The position numbers and the translations under genes were made by a program. A stretch of DNA of 64,000 bases from Endomicrobiales bacterium (GTDB lineage Bacteria > Elusimicrobiota > Endomicrobiia > Endomicrobiales > JAFGGC01). Shown piece after piece: positions 26,882-35,815 of the stretch. Below the pieces are notes generated by a model. That model ran no database searches. It had not been told where the DNA came from and saw nothing but the letters and a program-made list of their open reading frames with translations. The stretch's first letter is position 1. Each line of letters begins with the position of its first letter. The stretch is from positions 8,454-72,453 of the forward strand of contig JAFGGC010000012.1 of the NCBI GenBank assembly GCA_016930715.1, in the 5' to 3' direction.

Positions 26882-28978
26882 ATGAACTTTCAAAAGAAAC
26901 TGCCCTATATTGTATTCATCCTTGCCCTGTCTTTTGTCTTGGGTTCCGCGGCCTACCTGAGAAGTCTTTTTCTGGATATGCCGTCGATCGCTACGCTTGA
27001 AGACTACACCCCCAGCCTCATAACAAAGGTCTATGACCGCAAGGGCGAGCTCATCACCGAGCTGTTCACCGAGCACCGCGTGCTTACTCCTTTAAAGGAA
27101 ATACCCGTGGACCTTCAAAACGCCGTCTTGGCCATAGAGGACAAGAATTTCTTCCGGCACTGGGGCGTCTCTCCGAAGGGAATAGCAAGGGCGGCAGTGA
27201 ACAACGTGGTCAAGCGCAGGGTCGCCCAGGGCGGTTCTACCATAACCCAGCAGCTGGCAAAAACCATATTCCTAACCCCCGAAAGAACCATATCGAGAAA
27301 ATTGAAAGAACTGCTTTTAACATTCCAGCTTGAACGCAACTACTCGAAGGAAGAGATACTCCAGCTCTACATGAACCAGATCTATTTCGGGTCAGGAGCG
27401 TATGGCGTCGAATCGGCGGCAAAAATATATTTTTCAAAGCACGTGAAGGACCTGAACCTACCCGAATGCGCAATGCTCGCCGGCCTGCCGAGGGCCCCGA
27501 ACTACTACTCTCCTTTCAGGAACGCCGACAGGGCCGTGGCAAGGCGCGCGACGGTGCTCCGCAGGATGCAGGAACTTGGCTTCATAACCGAAGAAGAAGA
27601 AGGAGCCGCCAACGCTTATCCCGTCAACAGCGAAAGAATGCCGGTGCCGGCCGCGGCCGCGCCGTATTTCATCGAATACGTCAGACTGCAGCTTGAGCCG
27701 AAATACGGAAGCCAGATGATATACCGGGGCGGACTGTCCATCTACACCACGCTCGATTTGCAGGCCCAGCTCGCCGCCGAAAAAGCCCTCGGCGAAAACC
27801 TCACCGCCTTTGACGCCGAAAGGATGGAGTTTTTCGAAACAAACCAGTCGACCCCGATTAAGGTGCAAGGCGGACTCATTGCCATAGACCCCAAGACCGG
27901 CGGTATCCGCGCCATGATAGGCGGGAGGGACTTCAGGGAATCCCAGTTCAACCGCGCCATACAGGCAAAGCGCCAGCCGGGTTCGGCGTTCAAACCGTTC
28001 GTCTACACGGCGGCCCTTGAAAACGGTTTTACCCCGGTTTCGGTTATCGTGGACGAACCGCTTGTTTACGTCAATGACGGAAGGGACTGGCGGCTGCAGT
28101 CAAGAACGACGGAATATCTCCAGACGCTTCCGCCAGAGTGGATAGAGGACCCGTTGAAAGTGTGGGTACCGGAAAATTACGGGAAAAAATATCACGGAAG
28201 AACCTTGCTTAGGTCAGCCCTCGAACACTCCCTCAACATGTGCGCGATAGAAGTCCTCGACCAGATAGGCCCGATGAGGGCCGTGGAATACGCGAAAAAA
28301 ATGGGCATCACGAGCCCTCTTACCAACACGCTTTCCCTCGCGCTTGGCTCAAGCGGCGTGACCCTGATGGAGCTCGTAAGCGCGCTTGCGGTTCTCGATT
28401 CGGGCGGCATAAAGACCACGCCCTATGCGGTGGTCAGGATAGAAAACAAGGACGGCCGCATACTTGAAGAGAACTTCCCTAAAGAGGAGGAAGTGCTCCC
28501 GCCCCAGTTATGCTACGTGGTGACAAACCTCCTGCGGGGAGTCGTTGAACACGGCACCGGCCGCGCCGCAAGGGCAGTGGGCAGGCCCTGCGCCGGAAAA
28601 ACCGGTACGACAAACGATTTTTCGGACGCATGGTTCGTCGGATTCACCCCCCAGCTCGTCGCGGGCGTCTGGGTCGGATATGACGAAATAATCCCCCTCG
28701 GTGACAAGATGACGGGCGGCAGAGTTGCCTGCCCGATATGGACCACTTTCATGAGAGAAGCCCTCAAGGACGAGCCCGTTCTGAATTTCAAACCGCCGGA
28801 GGATATCGTTTTCGCGCTTGTTGACCCGAAAACCGGACTTCTCGCTCAGAGCAATTTTCCGGGGGCCTATCTCGAAGCTTTCATAAAAGGCACCGAACCC
28901 AAGGAATACTTCATTGAAGGCGAGACCGAGCTTGAAGATGAACTGCGGGAAATACCCGGCGATGAAGGCGGGTTTTAA
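26882..28978 (+). CDS. mrcA: Penicillin-binding protein 1A (bifunctional transglycosylase/transpeptidase)
   Basis: GT51 motifs AIEDKNFFRHWG and GGSTITQQ. Transpeptidase motifs SAFK, SLN and KTGTT. Confidence 0.95.
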   Translation: MNFQKKLPYIVFILALSFVLGSAAYLRSLFLDMPSIATLEDYTPSLITKVYDRKGELITELFTEHRVLTPLKEIPVDLQNAVLAIEDKNFFRHWGVSPKGIARAAVNNVVKRRVAQGGSTITQQLAKTIFLTPERTISRKLKELLLTFQLERNYSKEEILQLYMNQIYFGSGAYGVESAAKIYFSKHVKDLNLPECAMLAGLPRAPNYYSPFRNADRAVARRATVLRRMQELGFITEEEEGAANAYPVNSERMPVPAAAAPYFIEYVRLQLEPKYGSQMIYRGGLSIYTTLDLQAQLAAEKALGENLTAFDAERMEFFETNQSTPIKVQGGLIAIDPKTGGIRAMIGGRDFRESQFNRAIQAKRQPGSAFKPFVYTAALENGFTPVSVIVDEPLVYVNDGRDWRLQSRTTEYLQTLPPEWIEDPLKVWVPENYGKKYHGRTLLRSALEHSLNMCAIEVLDQIGPMRAVEYAKKMGITSPLTNTLSLALGSSGVTLMELVSALAVLDSGGIKTTPYAVVRIENKDGRILEENFPKEEEVLPPQLCYVVTNLLRGVVEHGTGRAARAVGRPCAGKTGTTNDFSDAWFVGFTPQLVAGVWVGYDEIIPLGDKMTGGRVACPIWTTFMREALKDEPVLNFKPPEDIVFALVDPKTGLLAQSNFPGAYLEAFIKGTEPKEYFIEGETELEDELREIPGDEGGF

Positions 28979-28986
28979 CCGGGTTT

Positions 28987-29457
28987 TCAACCGCGAAGTT
29001 TTTGCTTATCGTCTTTTTCAACAACTTCCGCTTCGATTACCTTTGATTCGTCCCTGACCCCGTAAGAACCGCGACCGGCGTTCCCGCGAACGCCGAAACC
29101 TACCCCTCCCGGCCCGACGAGAAAATTCAGCAACATGCTGGCGATACTGAAAAGAAAAGCGCCGAAAAAAGCGGCCGTGAATCCCGAAACGGTAAAACCG
29201 CCCACGAGGACGGACGTTCCGTAGAAAAGAACGGTATTGATGGCCAAAATGAAGAATCCAAACGTCAGAACGGTCAGCGGGATGGTGATTACTATCAATA
29301 ACGGCTTCACGAACACGTTAAGAAGACCTATCACCAGCGACGCAAAAACAGCGGTCTTCATGTCCGCGACGTCAACGCCAGGCACGATCTTCGCGCAGAT
29401 GATAAGCGCGAGAGTGTTTACGAGCCACTTGAAAAGGAAGCCAATGTTGTTTTTCAT
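28987..29457 (-). CDS. DUF360 / Phage_holin_4_2 family membrane protein
   Basis: 156 aa, 4 TM helices, typical …FLFKWLVNTLALIICAKIVPGV… start. Its ATG overlaps the stop of the upstream CheB-like gene (TGATG). Confidence 0.75.
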   Translation of the reverse strand: MKNNIGFLFKWLVNTLALIICAKIVPGVDVADMKTAVFASLVIGLLNVFVKPLLIVITIPLTVLTFGFFILAINTVLFYGTSVLVGGFTVSGFTAAFFGAFLFSIASMLLNFLVGPGGVGFGVRGNAGRGSYGVRDESKVIEAEVVEKDDKQKLRG

Positions 29458-30461
29458 CAGTTTTTAGTTTTAAGGCCGTAAACTGAAGCCGTTTCCGAGG
29501 CGAGTTCCTTCACGGTCAGGAGCTTATCGGCGAGCTTTTCTTCGGTAATTCTTTTGATTATGCTCTGGTCCTTATTAATGAAAACCTTCCCGCCGTTTTT
29601 CCTGACGTACCTTATCCCCGCCATGCCGTCCGGCCCGAGGCCCGAAAAGACGTTCACGGTCACGCCGCTCTTGTAAATCCTCGAAACCGAAAAAAGCAGC
29701 GTGTCTATGCAGGGTTTTGAGAATTTTTCATAGTCAATGAGTTGTATGACGCCCCTGTCTTTCAGGTGTATTATTTCCATCGCCATGCCGTTCGGGGACA
29801 CGAGTATCCTTGACTGGGTTATCATGTCGCCCTCTTCCGCGATGCGTATCGGCATCCTTGCGGCTTGTCTTAAGCGCTCAAGCCACACGTCAACAAGCTG
29901 AACGTACAGGAACTGGTGGACGATTATTCCCGCGGGAAGGCTCTCCGGCGCGTACGACAAATACTCCTCAAGCTCCACCGGCCTTGCCATGGGACAGACA
30001 AGCACCAGCACCTTGTCGACGGCGACGGGATACCCGGAATCGTCGGTATTTTTCAATGCCTTTTGTATCGCGTCTCCTTTTGCAGCGTCCTTGACGTTTC
30101 TTATTAGCTCGGTGCTTATTAGCGAGAATTTTTCCGGCTGGTTCGGTTTTTGTACGATGTTCACTACCCCGAGGGCAGAAAGTCTCTTGCTTATTTCTGA
30201 AAGGGGCGAGGAAATAGCGCTGAATATGACCACCGGCGTTGGCTTTTCCGTCACGATCTGCTCCAAAGCCAGAACCCCGTCCTCTTTCGGCATTATCAGG
30301 TCCAGGCATATCACGTCGGGGTCAAGCTCTTTTATCTTTTCCAAAGCCTCCCTGCCGTTTTTTGCCTCGCCAACGACCTGTATCTCCGGGTCTTCGGAAA
30401 CTATCCTTTTTATTATCTGGCGGTCAAAGAAAGAATCGTCGACTATCAAAAGCCGTATCAT
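29457..30461 (-). CDS. REC + CheB-methylesterase-like protein, catalytic serine absent (probable pseudoenzyme)
   Basis: The N-terminal REC is typical of CheB (LIVDDS…CLDLIMPKEDG). In the C-terminal domain GASTGG becomes VCPMAR and TQHMP becomes VHQFL, while GLGPDG and PCIDTLF are retained. Confidence 0.75.
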   Translation of the reverse strand: MIRLLIVDDSFFDRQIIKRIVSEDPEIQVVGEAKNGREALEKIKELDPDVICLDLIMPKEDGVLALEQIVTEKPTPVVIFSAISSPLSEISKRLSALGVVNIVQKPNQPEKFSLISTELIRNVKDAAKGDAIQKALKNTDDSGYPVAVDKVLVLVCPMARPVELEEYLSYAPESLPAGIIVHQFLYVQLVDVWLERLRQAARMPIRIAEEGDMITQSRILVSPNGMAMEIIHLKDRGVIQLIDYEKFSKPCIDTLLFSVSRIYKSGVTVNVFSGLGPDGMAGIRYVRKNGGKVFINKDQSIIKRITEEKLADKLLTVKELASETASVYGLKTKN

Positions 30462-30556
30462 TCGCCTTTCCTTCCCGGTTAAATTTACTTAGAAGCTCCT
30501 GAAATGCTGCACAAAACGTGCGTTATAGGTCTTCACGGATGCTGTTTTGTTCGCGG

Positions 30557-30580
30557 AAAAACCCCCACTACGTGTGAGGA
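30557..30580 (-). terminator. Probable intrinsic terminator after DsrE-like gene
   Basis: Minus strand: CCTCAC-acgta-GTGGGG followed by GTTTTT. Confidence 0.45.
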
Positions 30581-30628
30581 TATTAGCATTTTTCGTGGCT
30601 GAATTCAATAGAAGAGGGTTCTCAACGG

Positions 30629-31111
30629 TCAGATGAAGAGGTTTATTCTGGAGTCTTTTGCCATCTCAAGGAAAGTCGTCGCTCCGACCACGTCCGTTAC
30701 GCCGTTGGTCATATTGTCCCTCTCAAGGCCCATTATGCCGCAGGAAGTGGAGCACGCGTAGAACTTCGCGCCCATTTCGACCGCAAGGTCGAACATTTCG
30801 TCAAGAGAGGCCATTCTTTTTGAACTCATCAGTCTTTTCATCATTTCGGGTCCCGCGCCGAACATGTTCATGTGCGAAAGCGGCAGTTTTGTCCTGTTTG
30901 AAGGCATAATGAATTCCATCATTTTCTGAAGCAAGTTCTTTTTCTTGAAATCCCTGTCCTTTTTTAGGAAATTCAAACCCCAGAAAGTAAAAAACACGCG
31001 GACGTCCATGTTCATTGAAGCCGCGGTCGAAGCGAGAATGAGCATGGCCATTGCCTTGTCCATAGTACCGGAAAAGAAGACTATTGTCATCCTGTCTTTT
31101 GTTGCCGCCAT
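30629..31111 (-). CDS. DsrE/DsrF-like family protein (COG2210-type)
   Basis: 160 aa. …MTIVFFSGTMDKAMAMLILASTAASMNMDVRVFFTFWGL… is typical of this family. Confidence 0.7.
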   Translation of the reverse strand: MAATKDRMTIVFFSGTMDKAMAMLILASTAASMNMDVRVFFTFWGLNFLKKDRDFKKKNLLQKMMEFIMPSNRTKLPLSHMNMFGAGPEMMKRLMSSKRMASLDEMFDLAVEMGAKFYACSTSCGIMGLERDNMTNGVTDVVGATTFLEMAKDSRINLFI

Positions 31112-31123
31112 AGAGAAACCTTC

Positions 31124-31984
31124 CTACCTGTAAGTATCCAAAACCCTGCCCAAAACCTTCGCGTTATCCGTTTTTCTTGACGCCAACGGCTCTTTCGATC
31201 CTTTATACACGCTCAGATTAGCCTCGAAAACCGACCTTGAAACGTTGCTGTATATCAAGCCGAGGGGCAGCTTTTCCGTCTCAACGGCCCTCTTAAACGC
31301 TTCGGTTCTGTCGGAAGCGTTATGATCTTCGCCAAGGTAATACGTGTGTTCCTTGAACCACTGGTAGGTATTCGTTTTATTGAACGTCACGCACGGCTGG
31401 AGTATATCGACGAGAGCGTATCCCTTGTGACGCACGGCCTTCTTGATTATCTCCTTCGTCTGTTCCTGGTCGCCCGCGAAGGCCCTGGCAACGAAGGATG
31501 CGTTCATCGCGACGGCCACGGCTATGGGGTTGAAAGGCTCCTCGAATACCCCGTCGACCTGCACGGGCGTTCTGAAACCCGGCTGGCTCGTGGGTGACGC
31601 CTGGCCCTTCGTGAGGCCGTAGACCATGTTGTTGTGAACGATGTTAGTAATGTCCGGGTTCCTCCGGATGGCGTGAATGAAATGATTTCCGCCCTCACCG
31701 TACATATCACCCTCGCCGCTTTCGGCAACGACCGTAAGGCCGGGATTCACGGCTTTTATGGCGGTGGCCGGGGGAAGCGCCCTCCCGTGCAGCCCGTTGA
31801 AATAGTTCGTCTTGAAATACTGGGGGATCTTTGCGGCCTGGCCTATGCCGGAAACAACCACCAGCTCCTCCGGCTTAATGCCGAGGTCTTCGAGCGCGCT
31901 TTTAAGAATTTTCAGTATGCTGAAATTCCCGCAGCCCGGGCACCAGGCTATGTCCATCCCTTCGATGTCATATCTGTTTTCCAT
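31124..31984 (-). CDS. korB: 2-oxoacid:ferredoxin oxidoreductase, beta (TPP-binding) subunit
   Basis: WCPGCGNF N-terminus and TPP-binding [12 protein letters not shown] block. Confidence 0.9.
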   Translation of the reverse strand: MENRYDIEGMDIAWCPGCGNFSILKILKSALEDLGIKPEELVVVSGIGQAAKIPQYFKTNYFNGLHGRALPPATAIKAVNPGLTVVAESGEGDMYGEGGNHFIHAIRRNPDITNIVHNNMVYGLTKGQASPTSQPGFRTPVQVDGVFEEPFNPIAVAVAMNASFVARAFAGDQEQTKEIIKKAVRHKGYALVDILQPCVTFNKTNTYQWFKEHTYYLGEDHNASDRTEAFKRAVETEKLPLGLIYSNVSRSVFEANLSVYKGSKEPLASRKTDNAKVLGRVLDTYR

Positions 31985-31991
31985 ATATACC

Positions 31992-33707
31992 CTATAAGAA
32001 TTCCTCTATTTCTTCCGACAGTTCTTCGACGCTGAAAGGAAGGCCGTCGTACTTCAGTATTTTGTTCTTTACATCAACTCCCGTGTACAGCTTCAGTATT
32101 TTTCCGAACTGTCCGGTGGCGTTGTTTTCGACAAGTATGATTTTTTTCGCTTTTTTTAGATAACCCGCCGTGAACGGGTGAAGCGGGTACACCTGCTTGA
32201 AATGCAGCGATGACACGCTTTTTTTGCCCGTCTTCTCGATGGCTTCCTTGATGACCCCGCACGTGGAACCCCAGCCGATAACAAGTGCGGAATATTCTTT
32301 TGGCCCCGTGAGCTCGGGGGGCATCACGCCGCGGCTGAGAAACCTGAGCTTGCCGAGCCGCTTGTCGACCATCCTTTTCCTGACGTTCTCGTCCTCGGTT
32401 ATGCGGCCGTCCTCGTCGTGCTCGTCCGAATCGGCGCACACAAGCCCTCCGCCGCCCGGAACGCCGCGGGGCGAAACGCCGTCCGGGTTCACCGAGAAAG
32501 AATAGCGTTTATACCCCTTACCAGTCTCAACTACATAATAATCGTTGCGGAAATGCTCGGGCTCGATCCTGGGCACGTTGTAATAGGTATCGGCAAGGTA
32601 TTGGTCGCTCAATATGAAAACAGGCACCTGATACTTGTCCGCAAGATTGAACGCCTTCTGAGTTATCGCGAACGCCTCTTCTATCGTGCCGGGCGCGAAG
32701 ACTATCCTGGGGAACTCCCCGTGCCCCGCATATAAAACAAGCTCGAGGTCGCCCTGCTCCGTCCGCGTGGGAAGCCCCGTAGCGGGAGCCGGCCTCATAC
32801 CGACGTTTATCACGAGAGGCGTCTCGGTCATCGCGGCAAGACTTACCCCTTCGGTCATCAAAGAGAACCCGCCTCCGGCCGTGCAGACAAGCGCTCTCGC
32901 CCCGGCATACCAGGCACCGCATGCCATATTGACTGCCGATATCTCGTCTTCCGACTGCTCGGCGATTATGCCGAACTCGGACGCGTACCTGGACAGGGTG
33001 GTCAGGACTCCGGTCGACGGCGTCATGGGGTATGCCGATATAAAATTGCAGCCGCCTGCCACCGCCCCGAACGACACTGCTTCCGAGCCCGATATTAGTA
33101 TCTCGTTCTTCGCCGCGCTATTTTTCTTTATGTCGATTTCCAGTTTTCCAGGGCCTACGAAATCTTTCGCGATACCATAACCCCGGTTCATCGCGGACAC
33201 GTTTTTTTTGATTATGTCTTCGCCTTTTTTGGAAAAATACGAAGAAATATTCCTCTCTATGACCTCCCTGTCCGCTGAAAGAATTCCCAGTATCAACCCG
33301 ACGGCAACCGTATTCAAAAATATCGGCGAACCGTATTCCTGCGCGACCTTCGCGAAAGGCACGTCTATTATGGGCTTGTCCGTCGACATCTTGTCCTTGT
33401 CGGCGAAAATGATCGTATCCCCGTCGATCCGCCGGCCGAGATGCCCGATCGAGTCCGGGTCAAGAGGGATCAAAATATCGATTTTCCGCACGAAGGCGTT
33501 CCGCCTGAAAGAAGAAACCCTGATCTCGGTGGAATTGCTCCCTCCGCGCACCCGCGACATGTATTCCTTGGTCGCGTACACGTTGAAACCCGCATCCTTA
33601 AAGAGGTGCGTGAGGAGTTTTTCTACGGTCTGGATTCCCTGGCCGGCCTCGCCGCCGATTACGATACTGATATCATCCTTGATTTTCTTTACTATCTGTT
33701 TTTCCAT
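31992..33707 (-). CDS. korA: 2-oxoacid:ferredoxin oxidoreductase, fused gamma-alpha subunit
   Basis: N-terminal gamma-like domain (IGGEAGQGI) is fused to the alpha domain (…AYPMTPST…). ATG at 33707 is preferred over the TTG at 33737. Confidence 0.9.
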   Translation of the reverse strand: MEKQIVKKIKDDISIVIGGEAGQGIQTVEKLLTHLFKDAGFNVYATKEYMSRVRGGSNSTEIRVSSFRRNAFVRKIDILIPLDPDSIGHLGRRIDGDTIIFADKDKMSTDKPIIDVPFAKVAQEYGSPIFLNTVAVGLILGILSADREVIERNISSYFSKKGEDIIKKNVSAMNRGYGIAKDFVGPGKLEIDIKKNSAAKNEILISGSEAVSFGAVAGGCNFISAYPMTPSTGVLTTLSRYASEFGIIAEQSEDEISAVNMACGAWYAGARALVCTAGGGFSLMTEGVSLAAMTETPLVINVGMRPAPATGLPTRTEQGDLELVLYAGHGEFPRIVFAPGTIEEAFAITQKAFNLADKYQVPVFILSDQYLADTYYNVPRIEPEHFRNDYYVVETGKGYKRYSFSVNPDGVSPRGVPGGGGLVCADSDEHDEDGRITEDENVRKRMVDKRLGKLRFLSRGVMPPELTGPKEYSALVIGWGSTCGVIKEAIEKTGKKSVSSLHFKQVYPLHPFTAGYLKKAKKIILVENNATGQFGKILKLYTGVDVKNKILKYDGLPFSVEELSEEIEEFL

Positions 33708-33740
33708 GATTGGATATTTACCGCCTCCGTGGCTCAAAAT

Positions 33741-33814
33741 CGCGAATTTGCGAATTAGTTAATTAGTGTATTTATTGGCAGGCCATTTCGCCAATCCGCT
33801 AATTCACCAATTCG
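33741..33814. repeat. Intergenic imperfect palindrome built from 8-nt GAATT/AATTC words
   Basis: Left arm cgaatttgcgaatt (33743-33756) versus right arm aattcaccaattcg (33801-33814) is complementary at 12 of 14 positions. Inner stem is ATTGGC (33775-33780) / GCCAAT (33790-33795). Confidence 0.55.
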
Positions 33815-34390
33815 TTAATAATTCTCGCAGGCCAGTTCGTAGAAGGACTTCGGATGCAGGCAGGCCGGGCATTTGTCCGGAGCTTCCGCGCCTTCATGTA
33901 TATAACCGCAGTTGCGGCAATGCCACCTGACCTTTGTCTCTTTCTTGAAAACCCTGCCTTTTTCGATGTTCGCGGCAAGGGCAAGGTAGCGCTTCTCGTG
34001 CTGTAATTCGACCTTCGAGATTTCCCTGAAAGTCTCCGCTATCTCCGGGAAGCCCTCCTCCTCCGCTATCTTCGCCGCGGCTGGATATAGCTTCGTGTGT
34101 TCTTCGTTCTCGCCCGCGGCCGCGGCTTTGAGGTTATCGAGCGTGTCGCCTATCTTACCCGCCGGATATGAAGCCGTTATCTCCGCTTCCCCCCCCTCGA
34201 GATACTTGAAGAAGCGCTTCGCGTGCTCCTTTTCGTTTTCGGCCGTGTCCGTGAATATCCAGGATATTTGCTCGTATCCTTCTTTCTTCGCCGCCGACGA
34301 GAAAAAGGTGTAGCGATTCCTCGCCTGGGATTCGCCCGCGAACGACGCGAGCAGGTTCTTTTCCGTCTTCGTGCCTTTTACGCTTTTCAT
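33815..34390 (-). CDS. rbr: Rubrerythrin
   Basis: N-terminal diiron four-helix domain (…FAGESQARNRY…EKEHA…) plus a C-terminal rubredoxin-like CRNCG…CPAC. ATG at 34390 follows GGAG. Confidence 0.9.
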   Translation of the reverse strand: MKSVKGTKTEKNLLASFAGESQARNRYTFFSSAAKKEGYEQISWIFTDTAENEKEHAKRFFKYLEGGEAEITASYPAGKIGDTLDNLKAAAAGENEEHTKLYPAAAKIAEEEGFPEIAETFREISKVELQHEKRYLALAANIEKGRVFKKETKVRWHCRNCGYIHEGAEAPDKCPACLHPKSFYELACENY

Positions 34391-34407
34391 TTTCTTCTCC
34401 TTTTTCA

Positions 34408-35313
34408 TTATTTTCTTTTTCGCAGCACGTAGGCGTAGGCCGATAGCGCGGCCTTCGCGCCTTCGCCACACGCCACGATTATCTGTTTAGCCGGAACGTC
34501 AGTGACGTCGCCGGCGCCAAATATCCCCTCAATGGCCGTCTCGCTCTTGCAGTTTACCATGATTTCGTTCCTCCTGCTCTTCATCTCCGCCGGAGCGAAA
34601 TCTATCGACGGAACCGAGCCTATCTCGACGAATATACCCTCAACGCCGAACTCGTAACCCCTGCCTTCCTGTTCAATTTTAATGCCCGACACGAACTGGG
34701 CTCCGAGAATTTCGGTAACTTTCGCGTCGTGGTATATCTCGGCGTTGTTATTTGCCTTTAACTGGTCTACAAGCAAGGGGTCGGCGATGAAATCCCTGGC
34801 CATGTCTATCACATAGACCTTTTTTGCTATCTTGGCGAGCTGCAGCGCCGCGTCAACCGCCGAGTTTCCGCCCCCGACAACCGCGACGTCCGCCCCGGCA
34901 AACACGGGGGCGTCGCACGTCGCGCAGTAGGCGACACCTTTTCCTATGTGTTCGTCCTCGCCCTTGACACCGAGCTTCCTGTGCGTTCTGCCCGACGCGA
35001 CAACGAGAGATATTGACTCGTATTCGCCCTTATCCGTTTTTACCTTTATGACGTCGCCGCTCTTTTGCACGGAAACCACGCTCTCGTTCTCTTTGACGGG
35101 GACATTGAATTGCTCCAGCTGCTCTGAAAACCTCTTTACAAGCTCCTCTCCGGTTACAAGCCTGTAGCCGGTATAGTTTTGAATGCTCGCCGTCCAGTTT
35201 GTCTGGCCGCCTATGTCCTTCGTTATGACGAGCATGTTCATTTTCTTCCTGGCGGCGTATATGCTCGCCGTAATTCCGGCGGGGCCCGCTCCTATTATTA
35301 TCAGGTCGTACAT
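34408..35313 (-). CDS. Thioredoxin-reductase-like FAD/NAD(P) oxidoreductase
   Basis: GAGPAG FAD motif, CATCD redox-active dithiol, GGGNSA NAD(P) motif. Confidence 0.85.
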   Translation of the reverse strand: MYDLIIIGAGPAGITASIYAARKKMNMLVITKDIGGQTNWTASIQNYTGYRLVTGEELVKRFSEQLEQFNVPVKENESVVSVQKSGDVIKVKTDKGEYESISLVVASGRTHRKLGVKGEDEHIGKGVAYCATCDAPVFAGADVAVVGGGNSAVDAALQLAKIAKKVYVIDMARDFIADPLLVDQLKANNNAEIYHDAKVTEILGAQFVSGIKIEQEGRGYEFGVEGIFVEIGSVPSIDFAPAEMKSRRNEIMVNCKSETAIEGIFGAGDVTDVPAKQIIVACGEGAKAALSAYAYVLRKRK

Positions 35314-35421
35314 ATCCAACTCCAAAATAAATTTAAACAGCAAATATAAAAAAAATGAAAAGCAACGCCGTTAATGTCATGTCTTCGATTTCACTGTTTG
35401 CATTTTACACTTTTAATCGCC

Positions 35422-35658
35422 CTATATCCCGAGCGCCTTTGATATCTCCTCTTTGTTAAACCCCACGATTATCCTGCCGTCGATGTCCGTAACCGGCACG
35501 CCCATCTGGCCGGATTTATTTTTCATCTCGGTCAGCGCGTTCCTGTCCTTGCCGACGTCAAAATTCGTGAACGTGACGTTTTTTTCCGCGAGAAAGCTTT
35601 TTAACATCGCGCAATAGGGACATGTCGAGGTCGAGTACACTTTTATCTCTTTCGCCAT
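35422..35658 (-). CDS. Glutaredoxin-like protein (NrdH/YruB-type)
   Basis: MAKEIKVYSTSTCPYCAMLKSFL… with a CPYC motif. 78 aa. Confidence 0.85.
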   Translation of the reverse strand: MAKEIKVYSTSTCPYCAMLKSFLAEKNVTFTNFDVGKDRNALTEMKNKSGQMGVPVTDIDGRIIVGFNKEEISKALGI

Positions 35659-35705
35659 ACGCATCCTCCTAAATTCGAGATTGTTGAAAAACCCCAACAA
35701 TCTCT

Positions 35706-35787
35706 GATTACATGGATTAAGGCAAGATTGCACAGATTAGGACTCGCCGGTGCATCTGCGTGATCGGTTTAAGAAATCTGCGTAATC
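35706..35787. repeat. Composite repeat: two direct plus two inverted copies of 12-mer GATTRCRYRGAT
   Basis: gattacatggat (35706-17), gattgcacagat (35726-37), atctgcgtgatc (35754-65), atctgcgtaatc (35776-87). Same architecture as 58726-58806. Confidence 0.7.
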
Positions 35788-35815
35788 ATGACCGTTGAAG
35801 ATTCTTTCAACGGTC

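Noticed and set aside
28987-29457. The 'phage holin' family name might suggest a prophage or lysis cassette.
   Set aside because: No endolysin, spanin, capsid, terminase, integrase or att-like repeats are nearby. The Phage_holin_4_2/DUF360 family is widespread in chromosomes. It is treated as a host membrane protein.
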